From Candidatus Omnitrophota bacterium (GTDB taxonomy: Bacteria; Omnitrophota; Gorgyraeia; JAHJTE01), in contig JAHJTE010000001.1 in NCBI GenBank assembly GCA_018830005.1, forward strand, positions 642,287 to 706,286: 64,000 nucleotides of DNA, written 5' to 3'. Position numbers and translations under genes: made by a program. Under the pieces are notes generated by a model. That model was not told the origin of the DNA. It made no database searches and saw only the letters and a program-made list of their open reading frames with translations. Below, piece by piece: positions 1-10,751 of this stretch; positions within the stretch are counted from its first letter, which is position 1, and each line of letters begins with the position of its first letter.

Positions 1-264
1 AAAGGCGTAGAGATGATTTTAGCCCATCTCTATGAACTATTAAAGAAACAGGGCGTTAAGCCGATTGATGCAAAAGACAAAAAGTTTGATCCACTTTTTC
101 ATGAGGCGCTTATGAGCGTTGAATCAGATAAAGATGAAGATAGCAAAATAATTGAGGAACTTCAAAAAGGATATATCTTAGATGATAGGGTTATTCGTAC
201 AGCTAAGGTTAAGGTGGCAAAGAAATCAGGGGTCAAAGACATAGGGCCTGAAGAAAATAAATAG
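1..264 (+). CDS. grpE: GrpE nucleotide exchange factor, C-terminal part (5' end lies upstream of the window)
   Basis: Open frame runs off the 5' edge; translation ...GYILDDRVIRTAKVKV... resembles the GrpE C-terminal domain; immediately upstream of dnaK-dnaJ. Confidence 0.6.
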   Translation, partial: KGVEMILAHLYELLKKQGVKPIDAKDKKFDPLFHEALMSVESDKDEDSKIIEELQKGYILDDRVIRTAKVKVAKKSGVKDIGPEENK

Positions 265-348
265 AATTTGTTAGAAGATTAAGAAATCTGATTCTAACAC
301 CTGGAGGCTTAAGGCCTACAGCGAAAATTTAAGAAGGAGGTAGTAAAG

Positions 349-2247
349 ATGGCAAAGGTAATCGGAATTGATTTAGGTACTTCAAATTCAGCCGCAGCTG
401 TTATGGAAGGCTCAAGGCCTGTTATAATTCCGTCTGCTGAAGGCGCAGGTGTGGCCAGTGGTAAGGCATTTCCTTCTGTTGTTGCCTTTACAAAAGACGG
501 CCAGCGTCTTGTAGGCGAGCCAGCTCGTCGGCAGGCAGCAATAAATCCTGAAGGTACAATTATGGCTGCCAAAAGAAGGATGGGTGAGGATTTTAAATTT
601 AAGGCCTATGATAAGGAGTTTACACCTCAGCAGGTTTCAGCATTTATCCTGCAGAAGATAAAGGCTGACGCAGAGGCCTTTCTTGGTGAAGAGGTTAAGG
701 AAGCAGTTATAACCTGTCCTGCCTATTTTGACGATAACCAGAGAACAGCAACAAAGGATGCGGGTGAAATTGCAGGGTTAAAGGTTTTAAGAATTATAAA
801 TGAACCTACTGCTGCCTGTCTTGCCTATGGGTTGCAAAAGGCAGACAAAGAGCAGAAGATTATGGTGTTTGATTTTGGCGGCGGGACCTTAGACGTCACG
901 ATAATGGAGATGGCACAAGGCGTATTCGAGGTCAAATCCACCCACGGTGATACACACTTGGGCGGCACAGATATGGATAATGTGCTTCTCGATTATATAG
1001 CAGAGCAATTCAAGCGCGAAAACGGTATTGATTTACGCAACGACAAGATGGCGATGCAGAGATTGCGGGAGGCAGCTGAGAAGGCAAAGGTTGAACTTTC
1101 CAGTACCGTAGCTACTGACATAAATCTGCCGTTTATTACCGCAGATGCTACTGGTCCTAAACATTTGACGATGTCAATAACCAGGGCTAAATTAGAAGAA
1201 TTGGTTATGCCAATCGTAGAAAAATGTAAAGGCCCCTTGGAAATCGCATTTAGTGATGCGAAATTTTCTGGCAGTGATATTGATAGAATCATTATGGTGG
1301 GCGGACCAACGCGAATGCCCTGTGTTCAGAAATTCCTCGAAGATTTTGTGGGCAAAAAGATTGAGCGCGGTATTGATCCTATGGAATGCGTTGCCTTAGG
1401 TGCTGCAGTTCAGTCAGCAATAATTAAAGGGGATATGAAAGATGTCCTGCTTTTAGATGTTACGCCATTGTCTTTAGGTATTGAGACCTTAGGTGGAGTA
1501 TCTACCAAGCTTATTGAGCGTAATACAACCATTCCCACTAAGAAGGCTCAAATTTTTTCTACAGCAGCAGATAATCAGACAGCAGTTACGATTAGGGTCT
1601 TGCAGGGCGAACGCCAAATGGCTAGCGACAATGTCGAGCTGGGAAGATTTGATTTAGTAGGGATTCCTCCTGCTCCGCGTGGCGTGCCACAGGTAGAGGT
1701 TGCTTTTGATATTGATGCCAATGGTATTGTGCACGTTAACGCAAAAGATTTAGGCACAGGAAAGGAACAGTCCATCAAGATCACTGCTCCTAAAAAGCTC
1801 TCTAAAGAAGAGATCGAAAAGATGGTTAAGGAAGCAGAGAAGTTTTCTGACCAAGATGTAAAAAAGAAAGAAGAGGTAGAGACGCGTAATCAGGCAGATA
1901 CTCTTTTATACTCCACTGAGAAATCATTAAAGGAGTTCGGCGATAAGATTAATGATGCGGATAAAAAAGGAATCCAGACAAAACTTGATAGTCTACGTGA
2001 AGCGCTTAAGGGTTCAGATATAGGCGTGATCAAGACCAAGACGGAGGAATTGACCAAGGCATCGCATAAATTAGCCGAGGCAGTATATAAAGAGGCAGCA
2101 AAGAGACAGCAGGCCACTGGCCCGAGTGCGCATCCAGCAGGAGATACCAAGGCTAGTGAGCAGAAAGCCGAAGAAGGGCCTAAGAAGGCAAAAGAAGAAG
2201 ATATTATAGAAGCTGAATATAAAGAAGAAGGCGAGAAAAAGTCCTGA
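349..2247 (+). CDS. dnaK: Molecular chaperone DnaK (Hsp70)
   Basis: 632 aa; N-terminus [10 protein letters not shown], full Hsp70 ATPase and substrate-binding signatures; GGAGG-type RBS upstream. Confidence 0.97.
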   Translation: MAKVIGIDLGTSNSAAAVMEGSRPVIIPSAEGAGVASGKAFPSVVAFTKDGQRLVGEPARRQAAINPEGTIMAAKRRMGEDFKFKAYDKEFTPQQVSAFILQKIKADAEAFLGEEVKEAVITCPAYFDDNQRTATKDAGEIAGLKVLRIINEPTAACLAYGLQKADKEQKIMVFDFGGGTLDVTIMEMAQGVFEVKSTHGDTHLGGTDMDNVLLDYIAEQFKRENGIDLRNDKMAMQRLREAAEKAKVELSSTVATDINLPFITADATGPKHLTMSITRAKLEELVMPIVEKCKGPLEIAFSDAKFSGSDIDRIIMVGGPTRMPCVQKFLEDFVGKKIERGIDPMECVALGAAVQSAIIKGDMKDVLLLDVTPLSLGIETLGGVSTKLIERNTTIPTKKAQIFSTAADNQTAVTIRVLQGERQMASDNVELGRFDLVGIPPAPRGVPQVEVAFDIDANGIVHVNAKDLGTGKEQSIKITAPKKLSKEEIEKMVKEAEKFSDQDVKKKEEVETRNQADTLLYSTEKSLKEFGDKINDADKKGIQTKLDSLREALKGSDIGVIKTKTEELTKASHKLAEAVYKEAAKRQQATGPSAHPAGDTKASEQKAEEGPKKAKEEDIIEAEYKEEGEKKS

Positions 2248-2278
2248 GTTATAATTAAACTCCCGAGCGGAGCGAGGG

Positions 2279-3436
2279 ATGATGACCACACAAGGCGATT
2301 ATTATGCAATTTTGGGCGTTAGTCGTAATGCCACAACCGATGAGATTAAAAAATCATATCGGAATCTGGCTATGAAGTATCATCCAGACAGAGTAGTTGA
2401 TTCAGAGAAAAAGCAGGCAGAGGAAAAGTTCAAGGAGATTTCAGAGGCCTATGCTGTTCTTTCTGATTCCAGTAAACGCTCTCTCTATGACCAGTATGGA
2501 CATGCAGGAATAGACCAGAGATATAGTACTGAAGATATATTCCGCGGTGCAGATTTTGGTTCTATCTTCAAAGACTTTGGAGATTTTGGCTCTGGCGGCG
2601 GCAGTTCTATCTTTGAGGAATTATTTGGTGGATTTGATATCTTTGGCAGCTCAGGCCGCAGGAGAACAAGAGGTAGCGGGCGTAGGCGCGGAAGTGATTT
2701 ACATTATGAATTGGAGATCAGCCTGGAGGAGGCAGCTTCTGACACTCAGAAGGTAATAAGTGTGCCGCGTCTTGAGCTGTGTAAGGATTGTAAGGGCCAG
2801 GGAATAAAACCAGGCACGAAGAGAAAGACGTGTCCAAACTGTAAGGGTGCAGGTCAAATTGCACGCTCAAGCGGCTTTTTTAGCATAGCAACTACATGCG
2901 GCCACTGTCAAGGAGCAGGCACTATTATAACCAATCCCTGTTCAATCTGTAGCGGAGGAGGCTATATCAGTAAAACTAAGAGAATCGAGGTAAAGATTCC
3001 GGCAGGGGTGGATACAGGCAATAGGTTACGACTAAGTGGCGAGGGAGATGCTGCAACCGGCGGCAGAGGTGATTTGTATATAACTGTTTATGTAAAGTCT
3101 CATTCGATATTTAAGCGTCAAGAAAACCACATTATTTTCAAACTTGATATTAGCTTTATTAAATTGATCTTGGGTTCTTCAGTAGTAGTCCCGACTCTAA
3201 ATGGTAAAGTAACAATGAAGATTCCTCCCGGAACTCAGACCGGAAAGGTATTTAGGCTTCGCGGTAAAGGTATTAAGGATTTACGCGGACTATGTCAAGG
3301 AGACGAACTAGTTGTTGTTAACGTTACTATCCCCACTAATTTAAACAGACAACAACGCAAATTGCTAGAGGAGTACGCTAAGATAACGAGTGAAGATTCT
3401 TCTTTTACTGAAAAGATTAAGAGGGTATTCGAGTAA
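2279..3436 (+). CDS. dnaJ: Molecular chaperone DnaJ (Hsp40)
   Basis: J-domain with HPD motif (KYHPDR), G/F-rich linker, four CxxCxGxG zinc-finger repeats. Confidence 0.95.
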   Translation: MMTTQGDYYAILGVSRNATTDEIKKSYRNLAMKYHPDRVVDSEKKQAEEKFKEISEAYAVLSDSSKRSLYDQYGHAGIDQRYSTEDIFRGADFGSIFKDFGDFGSGGGSSIFEELFGGFDIFGSSGRRRTRGSGRRRGSDLHYELEISLEEAASDTQKVISVPRLELCKDCKGQGIKPGTKRKTCPNCKGAGQIARSSGFFSIATTCGHCQGAGTIITNPCSICSGGGYISKTKRIEVKIPAGVDTGNRLRLSGEGDAATGGRGDLYITVYVKSHSIFKRQENHIIFKLDISFIKLILGSSVVVPTLNGKVTMKIPPGTQTGKVFRLRGKGIKDLRGLCQGDELVVVNVTIPTNLNRQQRKLLEEYAKITSEDSSFTEKIKRVFE

Positions 3437-3720
3437 TGCCGACATACGAATATAGATGTAAAAATTGCAAACATGAATTTGAGTTGTTTCAGGCAATGTC
3501 TGATGCACCGGTAAAGAAATGTCCTAAGTGCAAAAAATTAAGTGCCAGGCGCCTGATTTCAGCTGGGGCTGGTATTATCTTTAAAGGAAGCGGGTTTTAC
3601 GCCACTGATTATAAAAAGAAGAGTCCGCCTCAGGAAAAGAATAATGCCCCTACTGGTGCTAAAGAAGACTGTAATAGATGCAGCCATGGTCGGAATAATT
3701 GCCCAAATTATAAAAAATAA
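3436..3720 (+). CDS. FmdB-family zinc-ribbon protein
   Basis: N-terminus [11 protein letters not shown]...CPKC is the FmdB/regulatory zinc-ribbon signature; start overlaps dnaJ stop (TAATG). Confidence 0.7.
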   Translation: MPTYEYRCKNCKHEFELFQAMSDAPVKKCPKCKKLSARRLISAGAGIIFKGSGFYATDYKKKSPPQEKNNAPTGAKEDCNRCSHGRNNCPNYKK

Positions 3721-3745
3721 TATTGGCCAGGGACTTAGAATATTT

Positions 3746-4204
3746 TTGAAAAAACAAAATACTAAATTTGCCATCTCTACACTAAAGGATGAGACGTTTT
3801 CCGATGCAAGAGGCTATTCTTCTTTAAGATCTCAAGTAGCGCTCTGGCTTCCGGTTTTAGCATATGCTGCTTTTATATTTTATCTGTCATCACTTAGCGA
3901 TACTGGTTCTTTAATAGAATTTCCTTTTCTTGATAAAATATTGCACACACTAGAATATTCAATCCTTGGCTTTTTGTTTATGCGTGCATTTTCTAACTTT
4001 AAACCTAAATTCAAGATTGAAGATGCGTTTGCTTTTTCAGTTATCTTTTCTTTTTTGTACGCAATAAGCGATGAGATTCATCAGATCTTCGTTGTCGCAA
4101 GAAGCGCTAGTCTCCCTGACGCTATATTCGATTTAATCGGAGCTAGCCTAGGCGCTTATTTTTACTACCGCAGGATATCTTATGACCGATATAAAAGCAT
4201 TTAA
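3746..4204 (+). CDS. VanZ-family membrane protein (start uncertain, probably non-ATG)
   Basis: Hydrophobic segments and DEIHQ motif typical of VanZ-like proteins; the ORF-track ATG at 3644 lies inside the FmdB gene, the first in-frame TTG after the FmdB stop is 3746. Confidence 0.5.
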   Translation: MKKQNTKFAISTLKDETFSDARGYSSLRSQVALWLPVLAYAAFIFYLSSLSDTGSLIEFPFLDKILHTLEYSILGFLFMRAFSNFKPKFKIEDAFAFSVIFSFLYAISDEIHQIFVVARSASLPDAIFDLIGASLGAYFYYRRISYDRYKSI

Positions 4205-5459
4205 AGGATTCATCTATAACCAGAAGAAGATTAAGAATCTTTCCGATGTAGCTTGTCCGCCCTATGATGTTATCTCGGAAAAAGAACTAACTGAGCTTTA
4301 CAAAATGAATAATTTTAATTTCGTGAAGCTACTTCTGGCTAAAAATGTGCGCAAAAAAAATAAAAGAGTACTTAATAGATACGCCAATGCAAAGCAGACA
4401 TTTGCAAGATGGTTAAAAGAAGATATCTTAATTAGCGATACCAAAGATGCCATATATTTCTATTTACAGGAATTCACTTTTAAGGGTGAGCGAAAAAGCA
4501 GATTGGGTTTTATTTCATTGATGCGGCTTAGGGATCAAAAACAGAGTACTGTTTACCCGCATGAGTCAACCCGTAAGGAACCAAAGGACGACCGTTATGC
4601 CTTGTTGAGGTCAGTTCGGGCAAATCTAAGTCCCATATTTACCTTATTTTCCGATGATGAACGACGCATTAACATGATATTTGAAAATTACCTTATGAGA
4701 CAAAAGCCAATGCTTGCACTTCGCGATAAAGAAGGTGACGTTCATAAAATTTGGCCATTGAGAGAACCAAAATTAATTAAGCGTCTACAAGATTATATAC
4801 AGGGTAAAAGCATTGTTATTGCTGATGGTCATCATCGTTATGAGGTTGCCTGTGATTTCAGGAATGCGATGTTGCGACCTAAGGGCAATCGGCGAAAGTT
4901 TAAGACCGCAGCATTCAATTATATTATGACCTATTTTTCAGATATAAATTCTCGCGGACTTACAGTTTTATCCATCCACAGGCTTTTAAAGAAGATACCG
5001 AGTAATTTTCTGGAAAGATTGGATGAATTTTTTAAAATTGAAAAGATTAAGGATCAATTCCAGCTTAGATTCCTTCTGGCAAAGGCAGCGCGTTATGAAC
5101 ATGCCTTCGGACTCTATGTAAAAGGCTATTTTTATTTATTGCGTTTGAAAAGCGAATATATTATTGATAGACTTCTGGAAGGAGACTCCAAGGATTATAA
5201 TCGCTTGGATGTGGTATTATTGAATAAGTTGATTTTTAAAAGGCTTTTTTCTTTTAACTCTGCTGATTTGGTTTTTATCAAGGACGAAGAAGAGGCTATT
5301 GCCGCAGTCAACAAGGGAACATTTGCGGCCTGTTTTTTCTTATGGCCGACTAAGTTAGAGCAAATTAAGACGATTGCCTTAAATAACGAGAGGATGCCGC
5401 CCAAGTCCACGTATTTTTACCCCAAGCTTTTGAGCGGTCTGTTGATTCATAAATTCTAA
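4182..5459 (+). CDS. DUF1015-family protein
   Basis: 425 aa; N-terminal ...CPPYDVIS... and internal GHHRYE resemble the DUF1015 family. Confidence 0.6.
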   Translation: MTDIKAFKGFIYNQKKIKNLSDVACPPYDVISEKELTELYKMNNFNFVKLLLAKNVRKKNKRVLNRYANAKQTFARWLKEDILISDTKDAIYFYLQEFTFKGERKSRLGFISLMRLRDQKQSTVYPHESTRKEPKDDRYALLRSVRANLSPIFTLFSDDERRINMIFENYLMRQKPMLALRDKEGDVHKIWPLREPKLIKRLQDYIQGKSIVIADGHHRYEVACDFRNAMLRPKGNRRKFKTAAFNYIMTYFSDINSRGLTVLSIHRLLKKIPSNFLERLDEFFKIEKIKDQFQLRFLLAKAARYEHAFGLYVKGYFYLLRLKSEYIIDRLLEGDSKDYNRLDVVLLNKLIFKRLFSFNSADLVFIKDEEEAIAAVNKGTFAACFFLWPTKLEQIKTIALNNERMPPKSTYFYPKLLSGLLIHKF

Positions 5460-5519
5460 CTCCAGAGAGGATGGATGATGTTTATCTTCGCAACTTCTCT
5501 GGTATGAACGAAGCAAGCT

Positions 5520-6359
5520 ATGGCAATTTTCGGCAAATCTAAATATACAATAGTTCATGTTAAGAGGAAGAAGATGCCTGATGGCATCTGGGCAAAATGT
5601 GAGGACTGCTCTAGCGTCCTTTACAATAAGCAGCTGCAGGAGAATTTAAAGGTTTGCAATAAATGCAATTATCATTTTACTCTTAATAGCCAGGAGCGAA
5701 TTCACCAACTTATTGATAGAGGGACATTCAAAGAGCTTTATAGTAACATTTCTTCTGTCGATCCACTACAGTTTAAAGGGCCTAAGACTTACAAGGATAA
5801 ATTAAAGGCAGATCAAAAAGCAACAGGTTTAAAAGAGGCAGTAATAACAGGTATGGGAAAGACGCAAAATAAAAAATGTGCAATTGCCGTAACTGACTCA
5901 CGTTTTATAATGGGTTCTATGGGTTCTGTTGTGGGGGAGAAGATTACGCGCATTACTGAAAAAGCAACAAAGGAGAAATTGCCGTTAATTATAGTTTCTG
6001 GTTCCGGAGGCGGGGCAAGGATGTATGAGGGCATGTTTTCACTAATGCAGATGGCAAAGACCTCTGCAGCGCTTTCTCGTCATCAAGAGAAGCACTTACT
6101 TTTTATATCCATTTTAACAAATCCGACCATGGCTGGGGTTATGGCTTCTTTTGCTGCTTTAGGAGATGTTATTATTGCTGAACCAAAGGCCTTAATTGGT
6201 TTTACCGGTCCTAGGGTTATTGAACAGACTATAGGCCAGAAATTACCTGTTGATTTTCAACGTAGTGAATTTTTGTTGAAGCATGGACTTATCGATATGA
6301 TTGTAGAGCGAAAAAATTTGAAAAATGTTGTATCTGAAATAATTGAGTATTTAGGTTAA
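5520..6359 (+). CDS. accD: Acetyl-CoA carboxylase carboxyltransferase subunit beta
   Basis: N-terminal C4 zinc finger (CEDC...CNKC) followed by carboxyltransferase domain ([14 protein letters not shown]); alternative start at 5575 has a stronger RBS. Confidence 0.9.
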   Translation: MAIFGKSKYTIVHVKRKKMPDGIWAKCEDCSSVLYNKQLQENLKVCNKCNYHFTLNSQERIHQLIDRGTFKELYSNISSVDPLQFKGPKTYKDKLKADQKATGLKEAVITGMGKTQNKKCAIAVTDSRFIMGSMGSVVGEKITRITEKATKEKLPLIIVSGSGGGARMYEGMFSLMQMAKTSAALSRHQEKHLLFISILTNPTMAGVMASFAALGDVIIAEPKALIGFTGPRVIEQTIGQKLPVDFQRSEFLLKHGLIDMIVERKNLKNVVSEIIEYLG

Positions 6360-6375
6360 CAGAGGAAGGGGTATT

Positions 6376-7479
6376 ATGGCACAGGTAAGTTTAAAAGGGA
6401 TTATTAAGGTTTATCCGGGTAATGTCAAGGCAGTAAAAGGCATCAGTCTAGATATTAAAGATAAAGAATTCATTGTATTAGTTGGGCCTTCCGGATGTGG
6501 CAAATCAACGACGTTAAGGATGATTGCCGGTCTTGAGGAGGTCACAAGCGGCGATATTCTTATTTCTGACAGGTGCGTTAATAACGTTCCGGCAAAAGAT
6601 AGAAATATTGCTATGGTTTTTCAGAATTATGCCCTCTATCCGCATATGAACGTTTTTGAAAATATGTCGTTTGGTTTACGCCTGCGTCGTTATCCACGTG
6701 AAGAAATAAAAGAAAGAGTGAATGAAGCAGCCCAGATTCTCAATATCGCTAAGTACTTAGGGAGGTATCCGCGTGAACTTTCTGGTGGCGAAAGGCAAAG
6801 AGTCGCCTTAGGTAGAGCAATTGTACGTAAACCAGATGTATTTTTGTTTGATGAACCTTTAAGCAATCTGGATGCAAAACTGCGGGTTCAAATGCGCACC
6901 GAGATTCATAAACTGCATATAAGATTGCAGACGACTATGATTTATGTAACTCATGATCAGATTGAAGCAATGACTTTGGGTCAGAAAATTGCTATATTGC
7001 AAGGTGGTGAAATTCAGCAATTTGGTGATCCTATTTCTATATATGATAGGCCGGTAAATAAATTCGTGGCTGGATTTATGGGCACACCGCCAATGAATTT
7101 TTTAAATGGTTCGATTAGAAAGAACGACGGCCGCCTTTATTTTGATGAGGGCCAGATTAAGGTTAAGCTCGTTGAAGAGATGAATGAAAAACTAAAGTCC
7201 TATGTGGGTAAAGAAGTCATCTTTGGTATTAGAAGCGAAGATATATACGATAAGCTCTTTGTCTCAGAGGCGCCACCGGAAAATATCGTTAAGGCCACCT
7301 GTGAGGTAGTTGAGCCAATGGGCTCAGAGGTACACCTTTATCTAAGAACACCTCGTAATTACTTTATTGCCAAAGTTGGTGCACACGATAGGCCTCCTCT
7401 AAATGAAGACATGGATTTGGTTTTTGATATGAGCAAGGTACATTTCTTTGATAAGAATACTGAAGCGATCATTATTTAG
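6376..7479 (+). CDS. Sugar-type ABC transporter ATP-binding protein (MalK/UgpC/MsmX-like)
   Basis: Walker [10 protein letters not shown], signature LSGGERQRV, Walker B FLFDEP, C-terminal MalK-like regulatory extension; 367 aa. Confidence 0.85.
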   Translation: MAQVSLKGIIKVYPGNVKAVKGISLDIKDKEFIVLVGPSGCGKSTTLRMIAGLEEVTSGDILISDRCVNNVPAKDRNIAMVFQNYALYPHMNVFENMSFGLRLRRYPREEIKERVNEAAQILNIAKYLGRYPRELSGGERQRVALGRAIVRKPDVFLFDEPLSNLDAKLRVQMRTEIHKLHIRLQTTMIYVTHDQIEAMTLGQKIAILQGGEIQQFGDPISIYDRPVNKFVAGFMGTPPMNFLNGSIRKNDGRLYFDEGQIKVKLVEEMNEKLKSYVGKEVIFGIRSEDIYDKLFVSEAPPENIVKATCEVVEPMGSEVHLYLRTPRNYFIAKVGAHDRPPLNEDMDLVFDMSKVHFFDKNTEAIII

Positions 7480-8746
7480 TAGTCTAGGATTATCCCTGTT
7501 TTTCCTGCTTATCTTTCTCTTCCTACCACTAGTTTATTCTCTGGAGACAGGAGGGTTTCGTCTCCGTCTAATATTTACCTATCCTTATCTTTTTTTGGTT
7601 ATTAGCATTTTAATTTCCAAAATAAGCACTGACAGAAAAGAACGTACTTGCCATCTAAGCTGCGATAGCATTGTTGAAGAGATTAATACACTACAAGATA
7701 GCATAAGCAATCGAAAGAAGTTGGTAACCTCTTTTACAACAAGATTGAAGCGGTATTCTCAGTTAAAGGACTACACCAATAGATTAACTACAGTAGTGTC
7801 TTTAGATGAGACTGCAAATATTGTCCTTGAAGAAACAATGCGGATTATTCCAGAGTTTTCATCCTGTATTCTTTATTTAGTAAATCCAGAGACATATGAG
7901 TTAAATTGTTTTTTAAGTAAATCTAAAGAGCACCTCGCAATTAAATCTAAAAAAGGAGACATATTTGATCACTGGGTCTTAAAGAAGATGCAGCCGCTTA
8001 TAGTCGAAGACGTGAATAAGGATTTTCGCTTTGATGTCGAAAAAATAGATAAAGAAGAGTTACGCAATGTTCATTCCCTAGTTGCCGCTCCTTTAATTAC
8101 ATATAATAAACTGATCGGTGTTCTAAGGGTTGACTCTCGCAATATTACTGAGTTTAACCAGGAAGATTTAAGGCTTTTGTCAACACTATCCGATTTAGCT
8201 GCTGCTGCTATTGACAATGCTTTTTTGTATAAGCGCACTCTAGATTTTGCCATCCGCGATGGACTTACCTCTTTGTATCTAAAGGGATATTTTATGGAAC
8301 GCCTGGAGGAAGAATTACATCGAGCAAGTAGTAAAAAGATCCCGCTTTCATTGCTGATGCTTGACATTGATAGATTTAAGGATTTTAATGACAAATTTGG
8401 ACATATTGCCGGCGACATTATTTTAAAGATAGTAAGTAAGATGCTAGTCGATATTGCAGGCAGCGTAGGCAACATTGTCTGTAGATTCGGAGGGGAAGAG
8501 TTTGTTATGCTCTTGGTCGGCGCTGAAAAGAAGGAGGCAATTCGGGTAGCGGAAGATTTAAGACGTAAAATTAAGTCCAAAAGGATAACCTTAAGAAGGC
8601 AGAAGATAGGGATTTCAGTATCCTTGGGTGTTGTAAGCTGTCCAAAGGACGGTTATGAATTACAGGATTTGATGAGAAAGGTCGATGCATTATTATATGA
8701 GGCCAAAAAGACAGGACGCGATAAGGTATGTTTTCTAGAGAAGTAA
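7448..8746 (+). CDS. Membrane-anchored GAF-GGDEF diguanylate cyclase
   Basis: N-terminal hydrophobic segments, central GAF-like region, C-terminal GGDEF domain with intact GGEEF motif (RFGGEEF). Confidence 0.85.
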   Translation: MIRILKRSLFSSLGLSLFFLLIFLFLPLVYSLETGGFRLRLIFTYPYLFLVISILISKISTDRKERTCHLSCDSIVEEINTLQDSISNRKKLVTSFTTRLKRYSQLKDYTNRLTTVVSLDETANIVLEETMRIIPEFSSCILYLVNPETYELNCFLSKSKEHLAIKSKKGDIFDHWVLKKMQPLIVEDVNKDFRFDVEKIDKEELRNVHSLVAAPLITYNKLIGVLRVDSRNITEFNQEDLRLLSTLSDLAAAAIDNAFLYKRTLDFAIRDGLTSLYLKGYFMERLEEELHRASSKKIPLSLLMLDIDRFKDFNDKFGHIAGDIILKIVSKMLVDIAGSVGNIVCRFGGEEFVMLLVGAEKKEAIRVAEDLRRKIKSKRITLRRQKIGISVSLGVVSCPKDGYELQDLMRKVDALLYEAKKTGRDKVCFLEK

Positions 8747-9750
8747 TCTATATAATTCTTAGTTATAGTCTATCGGCAATTCTACTATATATTGGCCTGC
8801 AGTCTATGCGAGAAAGGAATCTGAAGAATCTATCAAGGCATAAATTCTATAAAGAAAAGCATGCCGATTACAAGCGGCAGCTTAAGACCTTAAGCCAAGA
8901 TTTAGAAAAGTTAAATGCCCAGGTTACAGGTATAACCCTCCTTTATGAAACTACCAGAGATGTATCTCAGACTCTAGAAGAGGATGAGGCCCTTACGCTT
9001 TTAAAGATTAAACTTAAACAATTCATAGATTTTGATGATTGTTTTTTAGTAAAAGCTAAGAAGGAAGAAAAGCCAGATGAATCAATATATTATCATTTGC
9101 CTCTTTTAGTCGAAGGCAAGATTACCTCATATTTGGCTATAAAGAATTTGAACATAAAAGATTTATCAATTGAACATTTGCACATTGTCGCTGGTCAGTT
9201 CGCCCTCGTTCTTAAAAGGATAGGATTATACCGTAGGTTACAAGAGCTTGCTATAACGGACGGCCTGACGCAGACATTGAGTAGAAGATATCTAATGGAA
9301 AGATTTATGGAAGAGTATAGACGTTGTTTGAAATTCTCACTTAAGCTTTCGTTCTTGATGTTAGACGTAGACAATTTTAAGAAATGTAATGACAAATTCG
9401 GTCATCTCGTAGGTGATATAGTCTTGGTTAACATTGCTGATGAGATTAAGAAGAATATCCGCCAGGTTGATTTTGTGGGAAGATTTGGCGGTGAGGAATT
9501 TGCAATAATCCTGCCAGAGACAGATAAGGAAGGCGCTAAATTTAGCGCTGAACGAATTCGCTCTGCTATAGAAGCTATAACAATTAAGGCCTATGATGAG
9601 GCAATTAGAGTTACCGTAAGTCTGGGTGTGGCTACGTTTCCTGAAGATGGTAGAGTGGCTGAGGAACTTATTGATCGTTCAGATTGGTCGTTGTATCGTG
9701 CAAAGCAGACAGGCCGGAATCGCGTCTGTGTTTATGGCATTTTTAAGTGA
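8728..9750 (+). CDS. GAF-GGDEF diguanylate cyclase (tandem paralog)
   Basis: GGDEF domain with RFGGEEF; same domain order as the upstream gene, one N-terminal hydrophobic segment. Confidence 0.85.
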   Translation: MFSREVIYIILSYSLSAILLYIGLQSMRERNLKNLSRHKFYKEKHADYKRQLKTLSQDLEKLNAQVTGITLLYETTRDVSQTLEEDEALTLLKIKLKQFIDFDDCFLVKAKKEEKPDESIYYHLPLLVEGKITSYLAIKNLNIKDLSIEHLHIVAGQFALVLKRIGLYRRLQELAITDGLTQTLSRRYLMERFMEEYRRCLKFSLKLSFLMLDVDNFKKCNDKFGHLVGDIVLVNIADEIKKNIRQVDFVGRFGGEEFAIILPETDKEGAKFSAERIRSAIEAITIKAYDEAIRVTVSLGVATFPEDGRVAEELIDRSDWSLYRAKQTGRNRVCVYGIFK

Positions 9751-9805
9751 ACTGACTCTAAAATGGTTGCAATTAAGCAGTTTTTAAGTTACAATTAATT
9801 TCTAA

Positions 9806-10741
9806 ATGGCTTCTACAAAATATATCATAACTATTGATCTGGGTGGCACTAATGTAAAATTGGCGCTTTTGCGAAGACGATCGAAACAGATTATCCGCCT
9901 TTGCAAATTTTCAACCAAAAATTTCCCCACCAAGAGACTGCTATTCAATAAGCTAGTTGAGGCAATCAAGGATATTATCGCCAACTCTCGCCTTAAGTAT
10001 TCTGATATTTTAGGCATAGGCATAGGCGTTCCTGGTCCTGTAGATAAACAAAGAGGCTTGGTTTATTATTTTCCTAATATTCCCGGCTGGAAGAATGTGG
10101 CTTTGAAGAAGATGTTAGAGGCCAGATTAAAATTCCCTGTTTTCGTAGATAATGATGTCAATCTAATGGCCTTAGCAGAACTTAAATTTGGCGCAGCTAA
10201 AAATGCGCGAAATTGTATATGTCTTACCTTGGGTACAGGTGTGGGTGGGGCCCTAATTACAAACAGTTCAGTTTTTCGTGGAAGTGCATCTGTTGCCGGA
10301 GAGATTGGCCATATTCCCATTAGTCTAAAAGGGCCTGTCTGTAATTGTGGCGGCAGAGGTTGCCTTGAGCGTTTTATCGGAAATAAGATAATCTTAGCCC
10401 AGGCAAGGCGGATATTTGGAAAGTCAATAAGCCTTGAGCAATTATCTAAGCTAGCAAGAGGCGGAAACAGGAAAGCGCTTCTTATCTGGAAGGATATGGC
10501 GCAAAAGTTGGGTATAGCTCTGAGCGGTTTAATAAATGTTTTCAACCCTGAGCTTATTGTTATCGGCGGTGGCTTGGCTAATGCAGGAGATATTCTTTTT
10601 AGCAAAGTGCGCCAGACGGTTAAAGAAAGGGCGATGCGGCCTCATAGCGAAGTAGTAAAGATTGTAAGGGCGAGCTTAGGAGTAAACGCTGGCTCTATTG
10701 GAGCGAGCGTTCTTGTAGAAACAGAATTAGCTGGAAGTTAG
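9806..10741 (+). CDS. ROK-family sugar kinase (glucokinase-like)
   Basis: ATP-binding DLGGTN, GEIGH, and CxCGxxGC zinc motif (CNCGGRGC) typical of ROK kinases. Confidence 0.8.
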   Translation: MASTKYIITIDLGGTNVKLALLRRRSKQIIRLCKFSTKNFPTKRLLFNKLVEAIKDIIANSRLKYSDILGIGIGVPGPVDKQRGLVYYFPNIPGWKNVALKKMLEARLKFPVFVDNDVNLMALAELKFGAAKNARNCICLTLGTGVGGALITNSSVFRGSASVAGEIGHIPISLKGPVCNCGGRGCLERFIGNKIILAQARRIFGKSISLEQLSKLARGGNRKALLIWKDMAQKLGIALSGLINVFNPELIVIGGGLANAGDILFSKVRQTVKERAMRPHSEVVKIVRASLGVNAGSIGASVLVETELAGS

Positions 10742-10751
10742 CAGCATTTTT

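Noticed and set aside
270-298. CIRCE/HrcA operator upstream of dnaK
   Set aside because: The palindrome half-sites share only about 5 of 9 positions with the CIRCE consensus and the spacing differs; it is reported only as an uncharacterised palindrome.
993-2309. Several - strand ORFs (99, 69, 139, 72 aa) inside dnaK and at the dnaK/dnaJ junction
   Set aside because: All antisense to dnaK/dnaJ, with low-complexity translations; shadow ORFs.
5462-5506. Inverted repeat CCAGAGA...TCTCTGG between the DUF1015 gene and accD as a terminator
   Set aside because: The predicted loop is about 27 nt and there is no downstream T-run, so it is unlikely to be an intrinsic terminator.
8071-8580. 169-aa ORF on the - strand inside the first GGDEF gene
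   Set aside because: Antisense to a conserved GGDEF domain; no recognisable features.
10066-10605. 179-aa ORF on the - strand inside the ROK kinase gene
   Set aside because: Antisense to a conserved gene; Pro/Ser-rich translation without domain features.
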